Shown: piece after piece, positions 49,712-61,809 of the stretch
Position numbering within the stretch: the stretch's first letter is position 1
Layout: each line of letters begins with the position of its first letter
Source: Takakia lepidozioides
Lineage: Eukaryota; Plantae; Bryophyta
DNA: 64,000 nt
Direction: 5' to 3'
Assembly (NCBI GenBank): GCA_030704615.1
Contig: CM060733.1
Coordinates: 74,462,001 to 74,526,000 of the forward strand
Notes under the pieces: model-generated
What the model was told of the DNA's origin: nothing
The model's database searches: none
What the model saw: the letters and a program-made list of their open reading frames with translations, nothing else
Made by a program: the position numbers and the translations under genes

Positions 49712-52700
49712 TCAAGTGTCGCAGTCATCACAATCAGTGTCCACCTCCTGTGCTATGTCATCTACAAAGATTCTGGCCCCAACACCACGTGTTCTACGAA
49801 GGCCGTCGTAAGGTGGACTCGGAGTCCCATGAACGGACATGCTTGCTGCGAGTGCCTCCGCATAGACAGGTAGCACGCAAGACCGAGGAGGACTGCAAAC
49901 AAGTCCAAATAGGTGTGATAGCCCTGGAGGGCAAGTGGAAGCACGCGGACTCCTGCACATGTCCACAAAACCCCATTTTTAATACAATGATGCAATGCAC
50001 AAGTCCAACAAAGAGGATGTCTCCAATGTGCACTTTGCCTCAAGAACAGCGATTCTCGATATTGAAACAACAATGCAAGCATGCAAAGGTTGAACTTACT
50101 CACAGGCAAAGTCGGAGTCCAGCTCCTTGTCAGAAGTCTCCTCTGTATCAGTATCAACGGGACGGGGCTTCGGAAGGACTTGAGAAGTGTGTCCACCCAA
50201 ACCCATCAGGAGGTTCTTGTAAATCTCAGCATCCCCTTCAATCCCAAAGAGATGTCGCGCACTGGCCTTGCAAGCGTGGTAAGAAGCACCTGCAGTGGAA
50301 TAGAATGAATGAAGAAGACATTGAAGACACATTCGGAACGGTGGGAAGTACTGAAAGTGCAAGCTCAATCAAACCTCATGAAATGTGAATGTTGAAGAGA
50401 CGAACCTGTGCCCATCGACAAATCCAGAACTTTGGCGTCTGTGTAGGTGCAGCACTCTACAATTGTTTGAATGAAAGCCGGGCTCCTCTCCCTCGCCCCT
50501 CTCCAAGGAACCCCATTCCCCCTTCGCAAGCACATGTTGATGTCGACGTAGTTGTGATGCATGTCATCCGTGGGGGGATCTGTCCTGTCATCTATGAACT
50601 TGGCCCCATGAGTGATGGCAAACTCGGTAATGCCGGCCGGAGTCGTTTGTGGATGCACCCGGACGAGACAAACAGCTTCAAATAGACGAGTCTGCGAACA
50701 TGACATCCACAAGGAACTAAGAAGCAAAAAAAAATCGGGCCCCTACATATGAGTTCGAGCAACCTATACAACCCCATCCGAGAACAACCAAGAAGAGGAA
50801 GAAGAAGGCAAACTCACCATCTCTCCCGGACGATCCCCCTTCGTAAGGTACATGCTGTTCACACAATTCCATGTCTTCACGACTCTCATGCCCGAGGCTT
50901 TCAAATAGCTGGAAAGTGCACGGCGACACCGACCGTCGATGGACTGGATGAGCACCAAAACACCTGCATCGGACAGGAAGAAGTTGCAAAAGGAGAAAAC
51001 CCACCGCCAGTAGCGCTCATCAAAAGCATTCCAACCCGGACAAGCACCCGATGGAGGGATATCCGGGACTGCCAACCCATCAGGGATGTCCAAGATGATG
51101 AGTTCGGCTGCATATGGCTTCTCCTTCCCGTTCACCCAGGATTTGGTCATTTTAGCCTGCAAACAAAAATACAATGGAATTCTCACAAGTTTAGAAACGA
51201 TCCATGCCCACAGCAGACAAAAACAACAGAAGCCACAAAACCCAAAGAGAACACGCACCGTGCTGAGGAACTGCACAATCCTGTCCCACACAGGTGATGG
51301 CTCGCCCTTGTAATCAGATTTCTTCGACTCCATCATGGCAAGGAACCCGACGTTGGCCATCTCCAACCTGGTTGGGCGAATGACCCTCGTGGGATGTTCC
51401 ACTGCATGGTACGGGTCCTTGGGATCAACCACCCCCTTGTTTTTTCTCCCGGATCCCCTACCATGCGGTGGAGTCTGCTGGACATGCTCCACAGGGCCAA
51501 TATCTGCAACACTTCCCTGCCCTTGTGCCACCTTCCCTCTACCCCTTCCCTTCCCAACAACACCAGCAACATCTTTTCCCTTTGCCTTTCTTCCTCTACC
51601 TGGGGTATCCTGAGCGGGAGGCTCCTTCTCTGCAAGAGTCCTCAAATTACGTTCATGAATGTTGAGGTCGGCTGCTGCGGCAGTGGCTGCAATACGGTCA
51701 TTCTCTCTCCTCAAAGACACCTCTGGAGCTGGGGTCTCAGAAGGAGGGCAATCCAAATACCAACCACAAGAAGAAAGATGGTCTGGGCCCCAGTCATGCA
51801 AGATCCCAGTAGTAAACATGGTCTGGTTGCCAGCAGGGACAAGCCACAGGTCCACGAAATCCGGATGTTTGTCCAGGCAATTCTCTTCCAGGAGAACAAA
51901 CTTTATGTACCTGCAGCAACAGAGACAGCCTCATTTTACAATGGAAATATTGTGTGGCAACTTTTCCATCACACCAGGAAGACCCCCTTCAACAGTATGC
52001 CACACAACACATTGCAACCACAGCACAAATAAGTAGTGCAAGAGTGTGCACCTGTAAAGGCATCGTTTCCAGGCTTCCTCTCCTTTTTCTTGCTGGTCCA
52101 GCTCATTTGTTCGACTGATGCCACCCTCCTTGCTGAACTCTCTAAAGAAACAAGAGTGTCACACTGTGGCTCTCCATTTCCTCATGTATGCTTCGAAGGA
52201 CACCTTCGGTGCTATCATACTGATGCCATAGTCAGCCAGCTGAGTATGCAGAACGATCTGGCCCTTTCTTCCAACTGCAAAACAATACAAATGCAAGAAT
52301 GAACCCAAAAGCAATCACAGCGAATGTAAGAGGCAATAGAAAGATAAGGACAGGAAAAGAGAAAAGACAGTGACACAGGGAAGGACATCACACCTGGCTC
52401 CAGTAAGTGGCCTTGTGAAGCCAGGTGTCCAGCACATTGTCACTGACAGGAATGACACGCTGGGTCTTCTTCTCTTTCTCCGGCCTTGAGAACATGTGGG
52501 TATCCCTAACTGTGGGATCGGAGTTCCATATCTGTAGCCACTTCACCTTTTGTTCTGGAGACACAACGGCGGTAGACAACCTGTGCAACTTCTCCTGGGC
52601 CATTTCTGGCTTGCCTGGCTTGTTATAATGGTTTTTTATCTCCAGGAGAAACTGCGGTCCGAATGATGGGTCGGCAATTCTCAACTGCTTCACGAAAGCA

Positions 52701-53820
52701 CTCATTATAGTCCTTCTTGTAGCGGTCATCTCTTTCTGGATGCGACTCTCAACCCCCTTTGCTGTCCTTCTCTCCTCAGGGGTAGAGCTGTAGTATTCCA
52801 GTTTGCCACGCTCCCCTGCATCTGCAATGTCTTGCTGCAAGGGAATGCAAGAGAGTTGCATCAGCACAAGGTCAAGGGAAACAAACAGAAACAAACATGT
52901 GGAATATGGAAGACCAGATGAAGGAAGATGTATCTCACCGTGTACATGTACTCCATGAAAGCCTCACGGGTCAACGAGTACCACGTTTCCGATGTCTTGG
53001 AGCTTTCGCACTTCTTGTACATCTCCGCTGAAAGGATGGTCTTGAAGTTGGTCAAGGGCATCTGCCCTATCCTTTGTATCCTATACAGTGTATGAACCAA
53101 ACTCGTTTTGACATGCGATGTCTCCGTTCCTCTGCAGAATGATATCTGCAAGTCAGAATGAAATTCAAGGTCTTCAATCAAAGAAGAACGGAACCACAAG
53201 TGGAACATGTAGAATGAGAAACCAACCTGTTCACATCATTCATTGCCATCAGAAGACCCATCATGTTCCCGTCACAATCCAGCACCATCGATCGAACAGA
53301 GTAATGCCACTCTTCCTCCTGTGAGTGCAGCCTCCCAATGACAGCCATCCATGCAAGCAAGCGGTGGTTCCCATCCCAAACGTGAAACTCTTTCCCGAGA
53401 ATGCCTGGGTGGAAGGTTTCCTGGAGAGAAGAAGTTCGAAGGATTCGTTCAGCTGACTCCAAATGGGGTCCCAGGAGTCCACGATTGACTGATCCACAAG
53501 GAGCTCAATACCTTTGGAATCCCTAGTAGAAACGTAAAAGACTGCGGATCCATCCAAATACCCATGCACAAACTCGGCCTCCAGCTTGAGAATGTCCTTG
53601 ACGAGGGGTGTACGAACGACGGGCATGGAAACCAACCTACACAGGGGAATCTTCAACCTCCCACCCGGGGCAAGCATACTTTGCACCACAAGCTGAGAGT
53701 TTACCTTCTGACCCCCCAGCATTCAGCGGCTTTGCTTTCATAGAACTCATCGTCCACATCAACAATTATCTCCTTCTCCTGACCCGAAGGGACCTCATCT
53801 GCCACACTTTGCATCTTCTC
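49712..53820 (-). CDS. Spliced ParB/Srx-like plus N4C/N6A-type methyltransferase-like gene, copy 2 (a few frameshifts)
   Basis: IPLCRLVSMPVVR...FHVWDGNHRL (53361-53378), ELIILDIPDG (~51076), YWRWVFSFCNFFLSDAGVLVL, and ERSPAFIQTIVECCTYTDAKVLDLSMGT|GASYHACKASARHLFGIEGD. Intron positions are shared with copy 1. Confidence 0.78.
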
Positions 53821-53884
53821 CTACAGGGTTGTTCATTCAACTTGATATTAGAGAGGCATGAAACGACGGCTGAGGCATGAAAAA

Positions 53885-56800
53885 GTGGGCTCAAAGAGTG
53901 TGCGTTGACGCACACTATTTTAAGCTACCAGGTAAGTGTACATTGACCCTCACAGACATGTCCTATGTTGCCGAATTCCACACAAAAAGACAATGTAAAA
54001 GTGGGCTCAAACAGTGTGCGTTGACGCACACTGTTTCACTTGCCATGTAAATGATCATTGAACATCTACTTGTGCCAGGTAAGTGTTCATTGTAAACTCC
54101 AAGATATTTCATCCTCAGAAACGTGCCCTAAATGCCGAATTTAAACCGGAAAAACACTTAAATGTAGAGCTCAAACAGTGTGCGCCAACGCACACTATTT
54201 GAGCTGCCACTGAATGGTTATTTCATCCTCAGAAACGTGCCCTAAATGCCGAATTTCAATCGAAAAAACACTTACATATTCAACTCAAACAGTGTGCGCC
54301 AACGCACACTGTTTGAGCTGCCACTGAATGGTTATTTCATCATCATAAACCTGCCCTGGAAGTCCGAATTTAACACCAAAAAAACAGTGACATGTACAGC
54401 TCAGACAGTGTGCGCCAACGCACACTGTTTGAGCTGCCACTGAATGGTTATTTCATCATCATAAACCTGCCCTGGAAGTCCGAATTAAACACCAAAAAAA
54501 CAGTGACATGTACAGCTCAAAGAGTGTGCGCCAACGCACACTGTTTGAGCTGCCACTGAATGGTTATTTCATCATCATAAACCTGCCCTGGAAGTCCGAA
54601 TTAAACACCAAAAAAACAGTGACATGTACAGCTCAAAGAGTGTGCGCCAACGCACACTGTTTGAGCTGCCACTGAATGGTTATTTCATCATCATAAACCT
54701 GCCCTGGAAGTCCGAATTTAACACCAAAAAAACAGTGACATGTACAGCTCAAAGAGTGTGCGCCAACGCACACTGTTTGAGCTGCCACTAAATGGTTATT
54801 TCATCATCATAAACCTGCCCTTGAAGTCGGAATAAAACAGTGACATGTAGAGCTCAAACAGTGTGCGCCAACGCACACTGTTTGAGCTGCCACTGAATGG
54901 TTCTTTCATCCTCAGAAACGTGCCCTAAATGCCGAATTTTAACACCAAAAAAACAGTGACGTGTTCAGCTGAAACAGTGTGCGCCAACGCACACTGTTTG
55001 AGCTGCCACTGAATAGTTATTTCATCCTCAGAAACGTGCCCTAAATGCCGAATTTAAACCGGAAAAACACTTAATGTAGAGCTCAAACAGTGTGCGCCAA
55101 CACACACTGTTTGAGCTACCACTGAATGGTTATTTCATCCTCAGAAACGTGCCCTAAATGCCGAATTTTAACACCAAAAAAACAGTGACATGTTCAGCTG
55201 AAACAGTGTGCGTTGGCGCACACTGTTTGAGCTGCCACTGAATGGTTATTTCATCATCACAAACCTGCCCTGGAAGTCCGAATTTAACACCAAAACAACA
55301 GTGACATGTACAGCTCAAACAGTGTGCGCCAACGCACACTGTTTGAGCTGCCACTGAATGGTTATTTCATCCTCAGAAACGTGCCCTAAATGCCGAATTT
55401 TAACACCAAAAAAACACTTTCATGTTCAGCTCAAACAGTGTGCGCCAACGCACACTGTTTGAGCTGCCACTGAATGGTTATTTCATCCTCAGAAACGTGC
55501 CCTAAATGCCGAATTTCAATCTGAAAAAACACTTACATGTTCAGCTCAAACAGTGTGCGCCAACGCACACTGTTTGAGCTGCCACTGAATGGTTATTTCA
55601 TCATCATAAACCTGCCCTGGAAGTCCGAATCAAACACCAAAAAACAGTGACATGTACAGCTCAAACAGTGTGCGCCAACGCACACTGTTTGAGCTGCCAC
55701 TGAATGGTTATTTCATCATCATAAACCTGCCCTCGAAGTCCGAATTTAACACCAAAAAAACAGTGACATGTACAGCTCAAAGAGTGTGCGCCAACGCACA
55801 TTGTTTGAGCTGCCACTAAATGGTTATTTCATCATCATAAACCTGCCCTGGAAGTCGGAATAAAACAGTGACATGTAGAGCTCAAACAGTGTGCGCCAAC
55901 GCACAGTGTTTGAGCTGCCACTGAATGGTTCTTTCATCCTCAGAAACGTGCCCTAAATGCCAAATTTAACACCAAAAAAACAGTGACATGTTCAGCTGAA
56001 ACAGTGTGCGCCAACGCACACTGTTTGAGCTGCCACTGAATGGTTATTTCATCCTCAGAAACGTGCCCTAAATGCCGAATTTAAACCGGAAAAACACGTA
56101 AATGTAGAGCTCAAACAGTGTGCGCCAACGCACACTGTTTGAGCTGCCACTGAATGGTTATTTCATCCTCAGAAACGTGCCCTAAATGCCGAATTTTAAC
56201 ACCAAAAAAACAGTGACATGTTCAGCTGAAACAGTGTGCGTTGGCGCACACTGTTTGAGCTGCCACTGAATGGTTATTTCATCCTCAGAAACGTGCCCTA
56301 AATGCCGAATTTTAACACCAAAAAAACAGTGACATGTTCAGCTGAAACAGTGTGCGTTGGCGCACACTGTTTGAGCTGCCACTGAATGGTTATTTCATCA
56401 TCACAAACCTGCCCTGGAAGTCCGAATTTAACACCAAAACAACAGTGACATGTACAGCTCAAAGAGTGTGCGCCAACGCACATTGTTTGAGCTGCCACTA
56501 AATGGTTATTTCACCATCATAAACCTGCCCTGGAAGTCGGAATAAAACAGTGACATGTAGAGCTCAAACAGTGTGCGCCAACGCACAGTGTTTGAGCTGC
56601 CACTGAATGGTTCTTTCATCCTCAGAAACGTGCCCTAAATGCCGAATTTTAACACCAAAAAAACAGTGACATGTTCAGCTGAAACAGTGTGCGCCAACGC
56701 ACACTGTTTGAGCTGCCACTGAATAGTTATTTCATCCTCAGAAACGTGCCCTAAATGCCGAATTTAAACCGGAAAAACACTTAAATGTAGAGCTCAAACA

Positions 56801-59800
56801 GTGTGCGCCAACACACACTGTTTGAGCTACCACTGAATGGTTATTTCATCCTCAGAAACGTGCCCTAAATGCCGAATTTTAACACCAAAAAAAACAGTGA
56901 CATGTTCAGCTGAAACAGTGTGCGTTGGCGCACACTGTTTGAGCTGCCACTGAATGGTTATTTCATCATCACAAACCTGCCCTGGAAGTCCGAATTTAAC
57001 ACCAAAACAACAGTGACATGTACAGCTCAAAAGTGTGCGCCAACGCACACTGTTTGAGCTGCCACTGAATGGTTATTTCATCCTCAGAAACGTGCCCTAA
57101 ATGCCGAATTTTAACACCAAAAAAACACTTTCATGTTCAGCTCAAACAGTGTGCGCCAACGCACACTGTTTGAGCTGCCACTGAATGGTTATTTCATCCT
57201 CAGAAACGTGCCCTAAATGCCGAATTTCAATCTGAAAAAAACTTACATGTTCAACTCAAACAGTGTGCGCCAACGCACACTGTTTGAGCTGCCACTGAAT
57301 GGTTATTTCATCATCATAAACCTGCCCTGGAAGTCCGAATCAAACACCAAAAAACAGTGACATGTACAGCTCAAACAGTGTGCGCCAACGCACACTGTTT
57401 GAGCTGCCACTGAATGGTTATTTCATCATCATAAACCTGCCCTCGAAGTCCGAATTTAACACCAAAAAAACAGTGACATGTACAGCTCAAAGAGTGTGCG
57501 CCAACGCACATTGTTTGAGCTGCCACTAAATGGTTATTTCATCATCATAAACCTGCCCTGGAAGTCGGAATAAAACAGTGACATGTAGAGCTCAAACAGT
57601 GTGCGCCAACGCACAGTGTTTGAGCTGCCACTGAATGGTTCTTTCATCCTCAGAAACGTGCCCTAAATGCCGAATTTTAACACCAAAAAAACAGTGACAT
57701 GTTCAGCTGAAACAGTGTGCGCCAACGCACACTGTTTGAGCTGCCACTGAATGGTTATTTCATCCTCAGAAACGTGCCCTAAATGCCGAATTTAAACCGG
57801 AAAAACACGTAAATGTAGAGCTCAAACAGTGTGCGCCAACGCACACTGTTTGAGCTGCCACTGAATGGTTATTTCATCCTCAGAAACGTGCCCTAAATGC
57901 CGAATTTTAACACCAAAAAAACAGTGACATGTTCAGCTGAAACAGTGTGCGTTGCGCACACTGTTTGAGCTGCCACTGAATGGTTATTTCATCCTCAGAA
58001 ACGTGCCCTAAATGCCGAATTTTAACACCAAAAAAACAGTGACATGTTCAGCTCAAACAGTGTGCGTTGGCGCACACTGTTTGAGCTGCCACTGAATGGT
58101 TATTTCATCATCACAAACCTGCCCTGGAAGTCCGAATTTAACACCAAAACAACAGTGACATGTACAGCTCAACAGTGTGCGCCAACGCACACTGTTTGAG
58201 CTGCCACTAAATGGTTATTTCACCATCATAAACCTGCCCTGGAAGTCGGAATAAAACAGTGACATGTAGAGCTCAAACAGTGTGCGCCAACGCACACTGT
58301 TTGAGCTGCCACTGAATGGTTCTTTCATCCTCAGAAACGTGCCCTAAATGCCGAATTTAACACCAAAAAAACAGTGACATGTTCAGCTGAAACAGTGTGC
58401 GCCAACGCACACTGTTTGAGCTGCCACTGAATGGTTATTTCATCCTCAGAAACGTGCCCTAAATGCCGAATTTAAACCGGAAAAACACTTAAATGTAGAG
58501 CTCAAACAGTGTGCGCCAACGCACACTGTTTGAGCTGCCACTGAATGGTTATTTCATCATCAGAAAGTGCCCTAAATGCCGAATTTAACACCAAAAAAAC
58601 AGTTCATGTTCAGCTCAAACAGTGTGCGCCAACGCACACTGTTTGAGCTGCCACTGAATGGTTATTTCATCCTCAGAAACGTGCCCTAAATGCCGAATTT
58701 CAATCTGAAAAAACACTTACATGTTCAACTCAAACAGTGTGCGCCAACGCACACTGTTTGAGCTGCCACTGAATGGTTATTTCATCATCATAAACCTACC
58801 CTGGAAGTCCGAATTTAACACAAAAAAAAAGTGACATGTACAGCTCAAAGAGTGTGTGCCAACGCACACTGTTTGAGCTGCCACTCAATGGTTATTTCAT
58901 CATCATAAACCTGCCCTGGAAGTCCGAATTAAACACCAAAAAAATAGTGACATGTACAGCTCAAAGAGTGTGCGCCAACGCACACTGTTTGAGCTGCCAC
59001 TGAATGGTTATTTCATCATCATAAACCTGCCCTGGAAGTCCGAATTTAACACCAAAAAACATGACATGTACAGCTCAAAGAGTGTGCGCCAACGCACACT
59101 GTTTGAGCTGCCACTCAATGGTTATTTCATCATCATAAACCTCCCCTGGAAGTTGGAATAAAACAGTGACATGTAGAGCTCAAACAGTGTGCGCCAACGC
59201 ACACTGTTTGAGCTGCCACTGAATGGTTCTTGCATCCTCAGAAACGTGCCCTAAATGCCGAATTTTAACACCAAAAAAACAGTGACATGTTCAGCTGAAA
59301 CAGTGTGCGCCAACGCACACTGTTTGAGCTGCCACTGAATGGTTATTTCATCCTCAGAAACGTGCCCTAAATGCCGAATTTAAAAAAAAACACTTAATGT
59401 AGAGCTCAAACAGTGTGCGCCAACGCACACTGTTTGAGCTGCCACTGAATGGTTATTTCATCATCATAAACCTGCCTTGGAAGTCGGAATAAAACAGTGA
59501 CATGTAGAGCTCAAACAGTGTGCGCCAACGCACAATGTTTGAGCTGCCACTGAATGGTTCTTTCATCCTCAGAAACGTGCCCTAAATGCCGAATTTCAAT
59601 CTGAAAAAACACTTACATGTTCAACTCAAACAGTGTGCGCCAACGCACACTGTTTGAGCTGCCACTGAATGGTTATTTCATCATCATAAACCTGCCCTGG
59701 AAGTCCGAATTTAACACTAAAAAAAGAGTGACATGTACAGCTCAAACAGTGTGCGCCAACGCACACTGTTTGAGCTGCCACTGAATGGTTATTTCATCAT

Positions 59801-60460
59801 CATAAACCTGCCCTGGAAGTCCGAATTTAACACAAAAAAAAAGTGACATGTACAGCTCAAAGAGTGTGCGCCAACGCACACTGTTTGAGCTGCCACTGAA
59901 TGGTTATTTCATCATCATAAACCTGCCCTGGAAGTCCGAATTTAACACCAAAAAAACAGTGACATGTACAGCTCAAACAGTGTGCGTTGGCGCACACTGT
60001 TTGAGCTGCCACTGAATGGTTATTTCATCCTCAGAAACGTGCCCTAAATGCCGAATTTTAACACCAATAAAACAGTGACATGTAGAGCTCAAACAGTGTG
60101 CGCCAACGCACACTGTTTGAGCTGCCACTGAATGGTTATTCCATCATCAGAAACGTGCCCTAAAGGGCGAATTCGACACGGAGAAAAACCGTGACATGTA
60201 GAGCTCAAACAGTGTGCGCCAACGCACACTGTTTGAGCTGCCACTGAAGGGTTCTGTCGTCCTGACATACATATCCTGGAAAACCGATATCCAGACGGAA
60301 ACAGCAGTGAAATCTTCAGCTCAACTCACACTGTTTGAGGTTGCAATTTGGGTTGTGTTGAACCTGCTGTAGTGCCCAAGTTTGGGCGTTTCGCACCTGA
60401 ACAATCAAGCAAATTGGTAGGCCCAAACAGTGTGCGTTGCCGCACACTGTTTGGGCTTCT
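53885..60460. repeat. Tandem array of about 55 monomers of ~104-117 bp, each with a 17 bp-stem palindrome
   Basis: AGCTCAAACAGTGTGCG-CCAA-CGCACACTGTTTGAGCT recurs in every unit; two main linker types; degenerate units at both edges. Confidence 0.96.
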
Positions 60461-60548
60461 AGTTTGCGATGCTTTCAGCATGGTGCAGATGTCCTGTGTG
60501 GGCTATATTCATATCAGCAACGAAACAGAAATGTGGGTCTTAAGAATT

Positions 60549-60803
60549 TCACCTTTTCTTGGCTGCTCCAGAAGACTCCCCAATTGCCGGGGACCCTTTG
60601 CGCTTCGGGCTGCTCTCTGCGCCGATCGTGTACGTGAGCCTCTCCCCCTTCCTCTTTCCCGCAGGCAGACTCCTCATGAGGCCACCTTCAACATCCTCTT
60701 CCATCTCGTCTGTCTCTCCCTCAGATGCGGTGTCCTCTTCATCTGTCCTTGGAACTATGGCGGGCTGCTGTTCTTCTGCTGATTCCTGCTCCTCCATCGC
60801 CAC
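60549..60803 (-). CDS. Acidic and basic short ORF, candidate first exon of the methyltransferase-like gene
   Basis: MAMEEQESAEE...KRKG...PKRK...AAKKR ends at a donor-like AG|GTGAAA. Confidence 0.4.
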   Translation of the reverse strand: MAMEEQESAEEQQPAIVPRTDEEDTASEGETDEMEEDVEGGLMRSLPAGKRKGERLTYTIGAESSPKRKGSPAIGESSGAAKKR

Positions 60804-61809
60804 ACTTTTCTACTCCCTCTTCTACCTCCTTTTCCTCTTCGTCCACTCGTTCCATCCTCATTCTATCTCTGGCTCTATTCCTGTTTCTAGAGCTCGTGAA
60901 GTATAGTGACTTCCTTCTCTTCCTCCTACGCTGGAAACAAGGGCTCCCCACGATGCCTCTAGAGCTCTCCAGTTTGACGTTTGTAACAAGTGCTGCTATG
61001 GCATGTAACCAAAATCGAAATTGGACGTTATCAACCATATTTGGATGCGGGTGTTGTTATTGTGTGCGAAGGGAATTCATCCATTCCATCGTCTCCGTAT
61101 TATCCAAGCAATAAAGCGCAAGAAAAAAAGTACATCCGTTTCATGCACTAGCGATATATGTCAGATGTACTACGCCGCCTGCCAATACACCGCGGCCTTC
61201 TTGCTTTCTTTCAAATTCGGATGTGCCGTAGAAATCTAATGCTAGTTCATTTTCGAGCAGTTCTTGCAGATCCGCAATAATTGTTATGCTTCACATATGC
61301 ATCCACGTGTGTTGTACTGCCTACCCTGTGGTTTGCAGTTTACCGTTACCGTCGCCATGGGGTCATTCGGCATAAAGGGTTCTGTCGGATACGACCATGT
61401 CTGGCACGCATTCGTGCGAGGTATCTTCTGCAGTGTCAGTGTTTGTGCTGTGCTCTTCTGGCACAGCACAACCTCATGACATTTGTGGTCTTCCTGTTTA
61501 CTGCTCTCCAGGGTTGTTGCCGTCTTTTCATAATGGATGGTTTCATGTCGTTTTCAGTGTTTGTTTTCATCCATAAACAGCACGGCTTCTTGTAGTATTT
61601 GAAAACAGTTTTTCTGGTTAGTGCCTCTTGGCGTTGCTGTTTCCGAAATGAAGGTGCATCTCATCCCTACATCCTTTGCATGCATCACCTGCAACCTTTG
61701 GATTGGAGCTAGCCTTGTTGACCTCGGTTTGCTTGTCTTAATTCCCCTTTCGGTAATTGCGGGCTATCAGTTCGAGGATTCCGCAACTTTCGTTCAGTGA
61801 GGGAAAACA

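Noticed and set aside
53885-60460. CRISPR-like array (palindromic repeat plus intervening sequence)
   Set aside because: The intervening sequences are a few recurring variants rather than unique spacers; there are no cas genes and the context is eukaryotic.
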